From NCBI GenBank assembly GCA_964519985.1, contig CAZFMF010000018.1, positions 4,674-68,673 on the forward strand: a DNA stretch of 64,000 nucleotides, in the 5' to 3' direction. The position numbers and the translations under genes are program-made. Every line of letters starts with the position of its first letter. The first letter of the stretch is position 1. Positions 38,924 through 48,608 of this stretch are shown here, one piece after another. Under the pieces are notes generated by a model, which did no database searches, was not told the origin of the DNA, and was given only the letters and a program-made list of their open reading frames with translations. The stretch is from an uncultured Pseudobdellovibrionaceae bacterium (GTDB lineage: Bacteria; Bdellovibrionota; FAC87; UBA2466).

Positions 38924-39641
38924 ACAGAAAAAGGTAATTGAACCCACGTAGGAAATAGTTTCCTTCGATAGCCGACGTGTGCCAGTGATTGCGCTTCAGC
39001 GTACGATTGTTACGAGTTACGGCAATGATATCCACGGGGTGGAACAGCCGCTTTGCCAATTCGAAGAGTTCGAACCCAATCGGTGAAAACGGTTTTCCCT
39101 TTTTGAATGAGTCGCTCACGTAAATAGCGAAGTAGCGTCGATCCTTCAGGACCCGGAATGCCTCGCCGATGACCAGATTCATCGCGGCGTAGTAAGCCGG
39201 AGTTCGGGAATCGAGCTCGCCGATACATTGCGGATTACCACTGTACTGAATGTGGGTGGAGTAGGGGGGATCCATGAAGAAAAAATCCGCCGAAGCCTTT
39301 TCGAGCGGGAGCCTCCGTGCGTCGGCTTTCTCGATGTCTTCCCGAAACGGAGCGATATCGAATCCCCTTCCCCGTCGATTCATATCGCGGCAGACATCCA
39401 AGGTGGTCCCACTCCCGCACATCGGATCGACGACCAGATCGCCTTCCCGGGTGTAGCGTTCGAGGCAATTCCAGATCACGTAAGAGGGGGTCGCGCCCTT
39501 GTAGTCTTTATGGCCCTGCATTCCCACGCCGTAGTGCTGGGAAGGGTAGTCCCAGAGCGTGGTGGTTTGCACGCGCAGCTCGGGACGCTTCCACAACCGA
39601 AAAGGCTTTGGGCCATTGGGCGGCGAGTGTTTGTCTTCCAT
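38865..39641 (-). CDS. DNA methyltransferase (N6-adenine/N4-cytosine, DNA methylase N-4/N-6 domain)
   Basis: 'LVVDPMCGSGTTLDV' (motif I, FxGxG-like) and 'FFFMDPPYSTHIQY' (motif IV, DPPY). Local GC is noticeably lower than its surroundings. It overlaps the 3' end of the exosortase gene convergently. Confidence 0.75.
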   Translation of the reverse strand: MEDKHSPPNGPKPFRLWKRPELRVQTTTLWDYPSQHYGVGMQGHKDYKGATPSYVIWNCLERYTREGDLVVDPMCGSGTTLDVCRDMNRRGRGFDIAPFREDIEKADARRLPLEKASADFFFMDPPYSTHIQYSGNPQCIGELDSRTPAYYAAMNLVIGEAFRVLKDRRYFAIYVSDSFKKGKPFSPIGFELFELAKRLFHPVDIIAVTRNNRTLKRNHWHTSAIEGNYFLRGFNYLFLFKKEIEKPLPAPLLPPGRP

Positions 39642-39679
39642 CCGGCTGCGAGTTAGACCATATCCCAGGAACGGGTTCA

Positions 39680-40048
39680 ATGGCTTCGGACAAGATCATT
39701 CATCTCGACAAGCTGCTTCAGCGCCAGCGGGAGTTCGTAAGCGCGCGAGAATGGGACGTTTTTCACACGCCTAAGAATCTAGCCATGGCGCTGGTCGGGG
39801 AGGCCGCTGAGCTGGTGGAACTCTTCCAATGGCTGACCGCGGAGGAGTCCGAAAAGCTGGCCCAGGATCCGGCCAAGGCCAAGGCGCTGCGCGATGAAAT
39901 GGCGGACGTTTTTTTCTATCTTTTACGCCTGGCGGACCGCTTCGAAATCGATTTGGAGGCGGCCTTTCTGGAGAAGATGGAAGACAACGGCCGCAAGTAC
40001 CCGGTGGACCGGTCCAAAGGGAGTGCTCGAAAGTATACGGAATACTAG
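39680..40048 (+). CDS. MazG-like nucleotide pyrophosphohydrolase (all-α NTP-PPase)
   Basis: 'LAMALVGEAAELVELFQW...LRDEMADVFFYLLRLADRFEIDL' EExxE/ExxD metal motifs. About 122 aa from the Met 'MASDKIIHLDKL'. The track's upstream extension is spurious. Confidence 0.7.
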   Translation: MASDKIIHLDKLLQRQREFVSAREWDVFHTPKNLAMALVGEAAELVELFQWLTAEESEKLAQDPAKAKALRDEMADVFFYLLRLADRFEIDLEAAFLEKMEDNGRKYPVDRSKGSARKYTEY

Positions 40049-40629
40049 AAGCGGTTTGCGTCGCTAAAGCTCTGGACCACTGACGGGGGCAGTTTCATCA
40101 AATCCCCAATCCGTTGCCCGTAACGTCCGCCCACCCCACCCCAGTAACCGGCGCCCACTTCCTTAGCGTCGTTGGGACGGGGCAGGGAGCTGAATCGCAC
40201 CTTACCCTCAAATACGACAATCTCCGATTCCAGGAGTAAGGGCTGAAAGGTGGTGAGAAAGTCCGTTCCACGCACCGCCATCACCGTAGTCGGGGTGCGT
40301 AGCTTGAATTTTCCCTTCGACACTTTTTCCTGAAGGCGGGCTCGGACGGTGCCTTGCAACAAGGTGGGCATCAACGGCAGATTCTTGTCAATTTGCAGGC
40401 GGGTGCCCGGAGTGATCAGGATTTCCGACTTTTCTCCGCCTTCTTCCCCCGCTAGCCGAAGCACCGCGCGCGAGTCTGGACCGGCGACGAGTTCACCCGA
40501 CCCATCCAGCTCCATGCCGAGCGTGACCGCCTGCCCGCCGAAGGTTACGGTGCCTTCCACCCGGGTGAAAACCGCCGCCCAAGTGGGACACGTGGTGAGG
40601 AGGGCAATGGCCAAGGCGAGTTTTTTCAT
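40045..40629 (-). CDS. Secreted FecR-domain protein
   Basis: Signal peptide 'MKKLALAIALLTTCPTWAAV'. '...TPTTVMAVRGTDFLT...' FecR/DUF4974-like. Confidence 0.55.
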   Translation of the reverse strand: MKKLALAIALLTTCPTWAAVFTRVEGTVTFGGQAVTLGMELDGSGELVAGPDSRAVLRLAGEEGGEKSEILITPGTRLQIDKNLPLMPTLLQGTVRARLQEKVSKGKFKLRTPTTVMAVRGTDFLTTFQPLLLESEIVVFEGKVRFSSLPRPNDAKEVGAGYWGGVGGRYGQRIGDLMKLPPSVVQSFSDANRF

Positions 40630-40638
40630 GGTGCGTTC

Positions 40639-40989
40639 CTAGCTTTGGGAGGGAAGCCCATCCCGGAAGATGAAGTAGACGGCGCCGACCAGACACAGTC
40701 CCGCCCAGATCAAATTGGGAGTCAGGCGCACTCCCATGTATAGCCGGGCAAAAACGACGAAAACCACGAGGGTGATGACTTCCTGCAAGATCTTAAGCTG
40801 GGGAAGGGTGTAATAGCGAAATCCGATTCGATTTCCCGGCACCTGTAAGCAGTATTCAAAAAAGGCGATCCCCCAGCTAACCAAAATCGCGATCCACAGC
40901 GGTTTCGTCGACAGATCCTTGAGGTGCCCGTACCAGGCAAAGGTCATAAAGACATTTGAGAGTATCAGCAGCAGAAGTGGGGAAATCAT
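40639..40989 (-). CDS. Small 4-TM membrane protein, DMT-superfamily-like (DUF486/EamA-like)
   Basis: 116 aa with four hydrophobic helices. Confidence 0.45.
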   Translation of the reverse strand: MISPLLLLILSNVFMTFAWYGHLKDLSTKPLWIAILVSWGIAFFEYCLQVPGNRIGFRYYTLPQLKILQEVITLVVFVVFARLYMGVRLTPNLIWAGLCLVGAVYFIFRDGLPSQS

Positions 40990-41053
40990 GAACTACCCAC
41001 TTTATCCGGCAGGAGGCCTTCCCACAATCTCCGGTTTAGAGTAGTAAGCGGTC

Positions 41054-41716
41054 ATGTTGGACACCCATCTCTTCACCCTCTTCGCTCAAGCGATTCCCCT
41101 GGTTTTTGCCGCGCTGTTTCCGGTGGTGAACCCCATTGGGTCGGCGATCATCTTGATGCCGTTTACGACGGGCATCGACGATCGAACCCGCCGGTTTGTG
41201 GCCAAGAAAGTGGCTTGGAACACGCTTTTCTTGCTAACGATCGTCTTATTGGCGGGAAGTCATCTGCTCGCCTTTTTTGGTATCTCGGTACCGGTGGTTC
41301 AGGTGGCCGGGGGACTGGTCCTGGCCTCGATGGGCTGGAAGATGCTCACGGCGGAGGACCATGTCGACGAGGAAAAGCCCGAAGGGCACCTAACGTCGCT
41401 GGAAGACCAAACCTTCTACCCGTTTACTTTTCCGGTCACGGTGGGCCCGGGCAGTGTGGCCGTGACGTTGACGCTCAGCGCACACACCACCCAACCGAAG
41501 CTGCTCGAGACCTTGGTCAGTCAGGCGGGGGCGCTGATCGCCTTTATGGCGGTGGCGGTCACCGTATACCTTTCGCTCGCGTACACGGTCACCCTGCTGA
41601 CGCGCATGGGTTCGTCGGGCATGAAGGTGATTATGCGCCTAATGGCCTTCATCATTCTTTGCATCGGCGCGCAAATCAGCTGGAGCGGAATTCACGCCCT
41701 GCTCGCCCAAGTGTAA
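41054..41716 (+). CDS. marC: MarC family (UPF0056 / NAAT) membrane protein
   Basis: 'FPVVNPIGSAIILMPFT' family signature. 220 aa, 6 TM. Confidence 0.8.
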   Translation: MLDTHLFTLFAQAIPLVFAALFPVVNPIGSAIILMPFTTGIDDRTRRFVAKKVAWNTLFLLTIVLLAGSHLLAFFGISVPVVQVAGGLVLASMGWKMLTAEDHVDEEKPEGHLTSLEDQTFYPFTFPVTVGPGSVAVTLTLSAHTTQPKLLETLVSQAGALIAFMAVAVTVYLSLAYTVTLLTRMGSSGMKVIMRLMAFIILCIGAQISWSGIHALLAQV

Positions 41717-41800
41717 AAGGTACCCACTTCCTTTCCAGTCACTTCGCAGGCTGGTACTCGCTACCTTTCCAGTCATGACTGAAAAGGAAGTGGGTACCTT
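41717..41800. terminator. Complex inverted repeat between the convergent MarC and RND genes (putative bidirectional intrinsic terminator)
   Basis: 'aaaggtacccacttcctttccagtca' ... 'tgactgaaaaggaagtgggtaccttt' is a near-perfect 26-bp inverted repeat. A nested palindrome 'cctttccagtca|tgactgaaaagg' sits inside it. Confidence 0.5.
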
Positions 41801-41805
41801 TCAGA

Positions 41806-44800
41806 TCAGTGTTTCGCCATCATCTGCGTCGGTTGGTCTTCCGGTCCACTCACACCATCGGAGAGTTCCTTGTGGATCGGCTCTTTTTCGTACGAGGGCC
41901 GGAACCACTTCACCACCTTCGCTTTGCTCCAGAGGCGGAAGCGGTCGATGTAGATGAACGCGGCCGGTACGACGATTAATGTGAGCAAAGTCGAGCTAAT
42001 CAAACCGCCGATGATCGCCACCCCCATGCTCGTGCGCTGTTTGGAGGCTTCGTTCAATCCCATCGCGATGGGTAAGGTACCGGCGATGAGGGCCATCGTG
42101 GTCATCAAGATTGGGCGCAGGCGAGTTTTACCGGCAAAGACCATGGCCTTCGCGCGGTCTTCGCCCGCCCGAATCAGCTGCATCGCTTGGTCGACGAGCA
42201 AGATCGAGTTTTTCGTCGCGACGCCCAGGAGCATGATCACCCCGATCATCGAGAACAAGTTCACCGACTCGTGCATCACGAGCAAGCCGACGAAAGCGCC
42301 GCAAATCGCGAGCGGCAACGCCATCATGATCGTGAAGGGTGTTACGAACGATTCGTACAGGCTGGCGAGCACCAAGAAGATGAGTAGCACGGCCGCGCCC
42401 ATGGCGGTCATGATGCTCACACCGAACTCCTGGAAGTCTTCCGAGTTCCCGACGAATTGGTAGCGCACGCCTTCCGGCAAGGTGATTTCCTTGTCGAGCG
42501 TCGCCATGATCGACTGCATCGCATCCCCCAGGCCGGCGCCGGGCGCAAGGTCCGCCGTGATTTGAATAAAACGCCCACGATCTTGGCGGTTGATCGCCGA
42601 AGGGCCGATCACGGTCGAGCCGGTAGCGACGTCATTCAGGCGGACGAGTTTCATATTCACGTTCGGGATGTAAACGTCTTTGAACGAATCACGCAGATTG
42701 CGCTGATCCCCCAGCAGCCGCACCCGCACATCGTACTCTTTCCCCGCCTGGCGGAACTTCGCCGGTACAATCCCTTCGACCTGGGCCCGGAGCTCCATGC
42801 CGTAGATCTTGCTGTTCACCCCGTACCGCTCAGCCATCCCGGGCTTCAGCTTGATCTGAAACTCCGGTTGCCCGTCGCGATAGTTGGTGTCCACGTCTTT
42901 CAAACGGGGTTCTTTGCGCGCGATATCCAAAACTTTGAGGGCGACGGACTCGATCTTTTCTTGGTCGGTGCCGGCCACGTTCAACATGAATTGGCGGTTA
43001 CCCCCCGCGCCAATCGGATCGAAATCTTTCACCAGCGGATTGGCCTTGGGGAAGACCTTCAGCTGTTCGCGCAAGGATTCCTTGAACGTGATCGTGTTCA
43101 TCGTCCGATCTTTGGCATCCACCATGTGAATGTAGAAACTCGCTTGATTGGGTTCGCCGTTGCGACCGCCCACCGTCAGCTGCGATACCAACACTTCCTT
43201 GTTCTTGCGAATCACGACATCCACTTCGGCCGCTTGCTTGGCCATCGTCGCTAGGTTCGTACCCGGGGCCATGTCCAACGAGACGCTGAATTCGCCCTGA
43301 TCCTGTTGGGGGAAAAAGCCTTTGGGCAGAAACTTGAAAGACGACATCGCCGCAATAAAGACCACGAAGGAGCCAGCGAGCACGATGGCCGGGCGGCGCA
43401 CCGTGAAACGCAAGATGCTTTCGTAAACCCGCTCGAGCCAGTCTTGGAATTTGCCGAAGGCGGCCACTAAAGCCCCGATGGTGTAGCCCCAAATGCCTTT
43501 CTTCTTTTTCTCATGCACGGACCCGGCGAGGTAGGCGGAGAGCATCGGTGCGATCGTCAGCGCGTCGAAGAGCGAGATGGCCATCGCGAATACGATCGTC
43601 AAACCAAACTGACGGAAGAACTGTCCGGTCATGCCCTTCATGAAGGCAACCGGTCCGAACACAGCCATCACGCAAAGGGTTGTCGCCACCACGGCCAGCG
43701 CGACTTCTTGCGTTCCTTCCTTCGCGGCGCGCACGGAGTTCTTGCCCATTTCGATATGGCGGAAGATGTTTTCTCGCACCACAATCGCGTCATCGATCAA
43801 AAGTCCGACGGACAAGCTCAAAGCCAGCAGCGTCACGATATTGATCGAGAATCCGGCCAGCGCCATGAGGATAAACGCGCCGAGTAGAGAGTTGGGCAGC
43901 GCCAAACCCGTAATGATCGTGGAGCGGCCGTTGGCCAAGAAGAAATACACCACGATGATCGTTAGGATGATCCCGAGGAGAATCGACTCTTCGACATCCT
44001 TCACGTTGGCCCGCACCCAAGCCGCGCCGTCGCGCACGAGTTCGAGCGAGGGTTTGCCGGGCATGGTCGCAATTTCTTTCTGAATTTTTTGCGCCTGCAT
44101 TTTAACCGCATCGGCCACGGCGACGGTATTCGAACCCGATTGGCGGAAAACTTGAAGGATGATGGCCTTCTTTCCGTTCACAAACGTGCGCGACTTCTCT
44201 TCTTCAACCGTATCCTCTACCGTACCCACATCTTGGATCTTGGTGGGGACGTCGTTGCCGAAGAGGTTCACGATCGTTGATCGAATATCGGCGAGATTTT
44301 CAAACTGGCCGACGGTGCGAATGATGGTTTCCTTCGCGCCTTCTTCCACCTTCCCGCTCGGGATGTTTTCGCCGGCCCGTCCGAGGGCGCCGGCAATACT
44401 GGTGACCGACATTTCACGGTTTCGCAGCTTGTTGCGATCGACCGTGACACGGATTTCACGTTTTCGCCCGCCGAGCACTTCTACCAGTCCCACTTGATTA
44501 ACCTGCTCGATACGAGGACGTATGACGTCATCCGCCAGGTCGTAGAGTTGCGCTTCGCTTAGGTCGGCCGAGAGGGAGAGCGAGACAATGGGTTGATCGG
44601 AAGGGTCGATGCGGCGGATGACCGAGTCTTCGGCGTCATCTGGGAGTTTTCGCTTCACCAGGGCCACGCGGTCGCGGACCTGCTGCTCGGCATACTTCAC
44701 ATCGGTTTCCAACGTGAACTGGGCGAAGACTCGGCTCGCGCCCTCCACGTTCGTGGAGGTAACGCGTTTGATACCCGAGAGGGTTACCAGCTCATCTTCG

Positions 44801-45000
44801 ATTGGCTTCGTGACCAAGGTTTCGATTTCGGCCGGGCCGGCGCCCGGATAGATCGTCGTAACGGTCACGAACGGAAAGTTCACATCCGGGAAAAGATCCA
44901 CCGGAAGTTTCCGCATGTAGAAAACGCCCGCCGCCAACATCAATAAGACAAGGCAGGTAATAAAGATCGGTCGCTTAATGGACAGTTCGGCGAGGTTCAT
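41806..45000 (-). CDS. RND efflux transporter permease, AcrB/CzcA-like (1064 aa)
   Basis: 'MNLAELSIKRPIFITCLVLLMLAAGVFYMRKLPVDLFPDVNFPFVTVTTIYPGAGPAEIETLVTKPIE'. 12-TM, two-large-loop architecture. Confidence 0.95.
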   Translation of the reverse strand: MNLAELSIKRPIFITCLVLLMLAAGVFYMRKLPVDLFPDVNFPFVTVTTIYPGAGPAEIETLVTKPIEDELVTLSGIKRVTSTNVEGASRVFAQFTLETDVKYAEQQVRDRVALVKRKLPDDAEDSVIRRIDPSDQPIVSLSLSADLSEAQLYDLADDVIRPRIEQVNQVGLVEVLGGRKREIRVTVDRNKLRNREMSVTSIAGALGRAGENIPSGKVEEGAKETIIRTVGQFENLADIRSTIVNLFGNDVPTKIQDVGTVEDTVEEEKSRTFVNGKKAIILQVFRQSGSNTVAVADAVKMQAQKIQKEIATMPGKPSLELVRDGAAWVRANVKDVEESILLGIILTIIVVYFFLANGRSTIITGLALPNSLLGAFILMALAGFSINIVTLLALSLSVGLLIDDAIVVRENIFRHIEMGKNSVRAAKEGTQEVALAVVATTLCVMAVFGPVAFMKGMTGQFFRQFGLTIVFAMAISLFDALTIAPMLSAYLAGSVHEKKKKGIWGYTIGALVAAFGKFQDWLERVYESILRFTVRRPAIVLAGSFVVFIAAMSSFKFLPKGFFPQQDQGEFSVSLDMAPGTNLATMAKQAAEVDVVIRKNKEVLVSQLTVGGRNGEPNQASFYIHMVDAKDRTMNTITFKESLREQLKVFPKANPLVKDFDPIGAGGNRQFMLNVAGTDQEKIESVALKVLDIARKEPRLKDVDTNYRDGQPEFQIKLKPGMAERYGVNSKIYGMELRAQVEGIVPAKFRQAGKEYDVRVRLLGDQRNLRDSFKDVYIPNVNMKLVRLNDVATGSTVIGPSAINRQDRGRFIQITADLAPGAGLGDAMQSIMATLDKEITLPEGVRYQFVGNSEDFQEFGVSIMTAMGAAVLLIFLVLASLYESFVTPFTIMMALPLAICGAFVGLLVMHESVNLFSMIGVIMLLGVATKNSILLVDQAMQLIRAGEDRAKAMVFAGKTRLRPILMTTMALIAGTLPIAMGLNEASKQRTSMGVAIIGGLISSTLLTLIVVPAAFIYIDRFRLWSKAKVVKWFRPSYEKEPIHKELSDGVSGPEDQPTQMMAKH

Positions 45001-46424
45001 AAGTTTCCTCCGTAGAGCTTGAGCTGGTTCAGCGTGCGCACAAGCTCGCCCTTGGCCATGATCTCGGCCGCTTGGGCTTGGGCGTAGTCGGTTTCAAACA
45101 TCAAAACTTGGAAAGTCGTGGTGCGACCGCTCTTGAGTCGATCGCGTTCGCGCTTGAGTTTCAGACGTTGAACTTCCACCAGACTCCGGGACAGGCGCAG
45201 CTTCGCTTTGACATCGCGCACGCGGTGGATCAAGTCCTGCCACTCCTGCTTCTGGTCGTTCAGTTTTTGGCGATAGATCATTTCGGCCGCGATTTGCTCC
45301 TGACGGTAGCCGGCGGCGGTATCGTTCACTACACTGCGATCGAGCGGCATGGCGAACTTAACGCCGATGGCGTAGGTCGGGCGGCCCGCGGAAAACGGAT
45401 TACCGAGGGAAGCGCCCAAAGCAGGGTCGCGTCCGTTGATGCCGTAGTTCGCGTACGCCGTAAGTTCCGGCCGCAGTTTCTCGATGGCGGCGATGGAGCC
45501 AGCGACGGCGGCCCGCTGATTTTGTTCGGCGGCGCGTACATCGTCGCGCATCGGCTTGATGTCATTAGGGATCTTACGCTCGAGTAAGTCTTCGCTACGC
45601 GGTTCAACCAAGGTTTGCGGCACTTGATCGGAAGCAAGGTTGCGCATGCGGTTAAAAAGGCGCGAAGCGGCACGCTCTTCATCTTTCGCCGCCTGCAGCT
45701 CCAGCTGACGCATTTCCAGCGCGGCCTTCGCCTGCAGGGCGTCGACCTCGTCGCCCAAATTGCGCTCCACACGCTCCGCATTCCATTTATAGATCTTCTC
45801 CGCTTGTTCCGCCGCGACGTGACTGATCTCCAAACGTTCGCGGGCGAGCGACAAGCGCCAGTAGGTGTCCTCCGCTTGCACTAAGAATGCGCGCGATGCG
45901 TGGCGGGCCATGAGACTCTGGGCGGTAGCGGCGGCCCGCGCCCGATCTTCGTTGGCGCGAGTGGCGCGCCCGAAACCGTTCGCCCAGAGCGATTGAGAGA
46001 GCTCAATCGTCGGGCGAGCATCGAAGAAGTCGACGGTGACGGGGGTCGATCCCCCCAGCAAGCCGTTAACGTACTTCGTATGCAAAAGCAGATAGTAGGC
46101 CTTGATGTCGAGGCCGAAGGTCGTGAGCTTCTTCACGCCCAGCGAGTAGTTGTGCATATTGATGGCGTCATAGGTGAAAAGCGGCAGGACCGGAAGTTTC
46201 GAGTCGCTGTTGTACTCGGCATTGGCAAAGAGCATCGTCGAGGTGGCAAGTCCGCCCTCTCCGGCGCGCAGGGCACTGCCCTCGCTGCTCTGAACCTGGC
46301 CCTTGTAGTCTTCGTTTTTCGACTGCACTTCTTTGATGAATTGCTCGGGGGTGAGCGGTTCCGCGAACGCGGAAGGCGCGAAGGCCAGGGCCACCATTAG
46401 AAGGGCTAGTTTGCCGCGGTTCAT
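44997..46424 (-). CDS. TolC-family outer-membrane efflux protein
   Basis: Signal peptide 'MNRGKLALLMVALAFAPSAFA'. Two OEP repeats with coiled-coil α-helical segments. Its stop overlaps the RND start (ATGA). Confidence 0.85.
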   Translation of the reverse strand: MNRGKLALLMVALAFAPSAFAEPLTPEQFIKEVQSKNEDYKGQVQSSEGSALRAGEGGLATSTMLFANAEYNSDSKLPVLPLFTYDAINMHNYSLGVKKLTTFGLDIKAYYLLLHTKYVNGLLGGSTPVTVDFFDARPTIELSQSLWANGFGRATRANEDRARAAATAQSLMARHASRAFLVQAEDTYWRLSLARERLEISHVAAEQAEKIYKWNAERVERNLGDEVDALQAKAALEMRQLELQAAKDEERAASRLFNRMRNLASDQVPQTLVEPRSEDLLERKIPNDIKPMRDDVRAAEQNQRAAVAGSIAAIEKLRPELTAYANYGINGRDPALGASLGNPFSAGRPTYAIGVKFAMPLDRSVVNDTAAGYRQEQIAAEMIYRQKLNDQKQEWQDLIHRVRDVKAKLRLSRSLVEVQRLKLKRERDRLKSGRTTTFQVLMFETDYAQAQAAEIMAKGELVRTLNQLKLYGGNL

Positions 46425-46442
46425 CTTCTCTTCTCCGCTCGT

Positions 46443-46611
46443 TAGTAAGCAGTTACTTACTAAATCTTAGCAGTCAGCTATAGCAAGCGCAACGTGAGGA
46501 ATGTGAAGAAATCATCATAATTCTTTTATTTCAATTAGTTACTAAATTGTGTTGTTTTTGTTGCTAGACCGTTAGGCAAAACTCATGCGATAGTAAGCAA
46601 GTGATTACTTA
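46443..46611. promoter_or_regulatory. AT-rich divergent promoter region with three related palindromes (putative TetR operators)
   Basis: TAGTAAG-N6-CTTACTA at 46443-46462. TTAGTtACTAA at 46535-46545. TAGTAAG-N-..TTACTTA at 46591-46611, overlapping the TetR start codon. Confidence 0.4.
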
Positions 46612-47279
46612 TGAGCCGATCGGGCGGGCGCAGGATGTCGCCTAAACCCTTGAAAACCAAGATGAAAACCGAGCCCGCCAAACGACGGCGGGATCGGGAG
46701 GCGAGTGCACGCGCTCTACTGGAAGCCGCAATTCAGGTCTTTGCGGAGCGCGGATTCGACGGGGCGACGACCCGCGAAGTGGCCAAGCGCGCTGGAGTGT
46801 CCGAGGCGCTGATCCAACGCTATTTCGAGGGCAAGACCGGATTGCTAATCGCCATTATGGAAACCTTCGCGGCCGAGGGAGCGGTGGAGGGAATGGCGGC
46901 CTTTCCCTACCAGAAGACGCTGGAAGCGGAAATTGCCCAGTTGCTTCGGGATGGCTGCCAGAAGCACCGCGAGCACGCGAGCTTCATTCGGGTGGCGTTT
47001 TCCCAGGCTCTCATCAACCCCAAGATCGCCAATCAGCTGCGCGTGAGTGTGCACGAAAAGCGGATGCCCGCATTAGTGGCGCGGCTGCAACATTATAAGC
47101 AGCAGGGCTTGATTGCGCCGGATGTGGACCTCCACGCCCTGGCTTACGGGATCTCCGCGGTCGCCTTTTCCCTCGGCTTCATCGGGCCCCAGGTCTTCAG
47201 TATCGAAGCGACCCGAATGGCTTTCATTACCGAACAGATCACCACCCTCCTCGGCCGGGGCGCCGGCTCCAAGAAGTAG
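46611..47279 (+). CDS. TetR/AcrR family transcriptional regulator
   Basis: 'ARALLEAAIQVFAERGFDGATTREVAKRAGVSEALIQRYFEGKTGLL' HTH. Divergent from the TolC-RND operon. Confidence 0.85.
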   Translation: MSRSGGRRMSPKPLKTKMKTEPAKRRRDREASARALLEAAIQVFAERGFDGATTREVAKRAGVSEALIQRYFEGKTGLLIAIMETFAAEGAVEGMAAFPYQKTLEAEIAQLLRDGCQKHREHASFIRVAFSQALINPKIANQLRVSVHEKRMPALVARLQHYKQQGLIAPDVDLHALAYGISAVAFSLGFIGPQVFSIEATRMAFITEQITTLLGRGAGSKK

Positions 47280-47377
47280 AAATCCTTCCACCTTCTCAGG
47301 ATTGCTCCTCTTTTCTCGTTGCGACGCGTCAAGTCAAAGGTTATAAGCCGCAGGTCTTAATTGTTCTTGGAGGAACG

Positions 47378-48608
47378 CGTGTTGCATAAATTTATTGTTG
47401 TCTGTCTTGCTTTGGTTCTCGCGGAGGGACAGGCCTTCGGTGGAATCGTCCTTTCCTTGTCGAACCTGGGAGATTTGGGCGGGGGTTATAGCTACGGTTA
47501 CGGCGTCAATAACCAGGGACACGCTACGGGCGTGAGCAAGATCAATGGAATTGATTCCCGCGCTTTCTACTGGAACGGATCGTCGATGCTTGATTTGGGC
47601 ACGAACCCGAACGGCGGCCCGAGTTTCGGATTCGATATCAACGAAAACAATCAAATTGTCGGTATGGCCAACGCGCAACCGTTTCGCTGGACGGAATCCG
47701 ATGGTCTCCAGCTCTTAGATCTGGACAATCTCGGCAGCGCTGACGGTATCAACAACTCCGACACGGTCGTCGGGAGCATCCGCATCTCTGATTCCGCGAA
47801 CAACACCATCGTCTGGAGCGCTGACGGTTCTCCGACCAACCCTTACCCTGGTTCGAATAGCACGGGATCCGGCATCAACGATCTCGGGCAGTTCGTGGGA
47901 ACGGATGAGTTAGGCGGTTATTATAGCCCCGGCATCTTCGACCCCAAACAGCCGCTGCCTTTGACGAATGCGACGGACATCAACACTTCGCGGCTGATCA
48001 CCGGCTCGGTCACGGGCGACGCGGCCCTTTTCAACTACGACACCAGCACTCTCACGCTGATCGGCCGATTGAATCCGTCGGATCCGTTTTCGATGGCGCT
48101 GGGAATCAGCAATAACAATCGCGTGGTAGGGACCTCCGGCCTGAGCGGTTTTATTTACGACAGCACCTTGGGCCTGAAAGAGGCGACTTCGCTTTTGAGC
48201 AGTGACTACGCTGGCTGGCAGATTTTGGCTCTCGAAGGGATTTCTGACGACGGAACGAAGATGATCGGCGTTGGACGTTTTAACGGCGTGGATCAAGCGG
48301 TGATCTTGTCCGTGATGCCTCCCGGCCCGGCGGTTCCGGAACCGAATTTCGTCTTTGACTCGGCGAAGGGCATTCAAAGTGCCTACCGGTTGACGGGCGA
48401 TGCGATCGCTTCGCTTTGCGAGCAGAGCGACGAATGCGAAGTCGACCCGTCCTTTAAGAAAATGGCGACTCCGACCATTGTGAAGGCGGATAGCAGCGCG
48501 GCGGAAAACGTGGCCAAAGTGCTGGAGAACGTGATCGAAGCCGGTCGGTTCAAAGGCGAAGCGAAAGCTCGGGCCGAAAAAGCGCTCGAAAAGCTGCGCA
48601 ATCGCTAA
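47378..48608 (+). CDS. Secreted HAF-family extracellular-repeat protein with a non-PEP-CTERM C-terminal domain
   Basis: GTG start after 'ggagga'. Signal peptide 'MLHKFIVVCLALVLAEGQAFG'. Repeats 'GYGVNNQGHATGVS...RAFYWNGSSMLDLGT...SFGFDINENNQIVGMA...PFRW' match the HAF repeat pattern. The C-terminal ~90 aa do not resemble a sorting signal. Confidence 0.55.
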
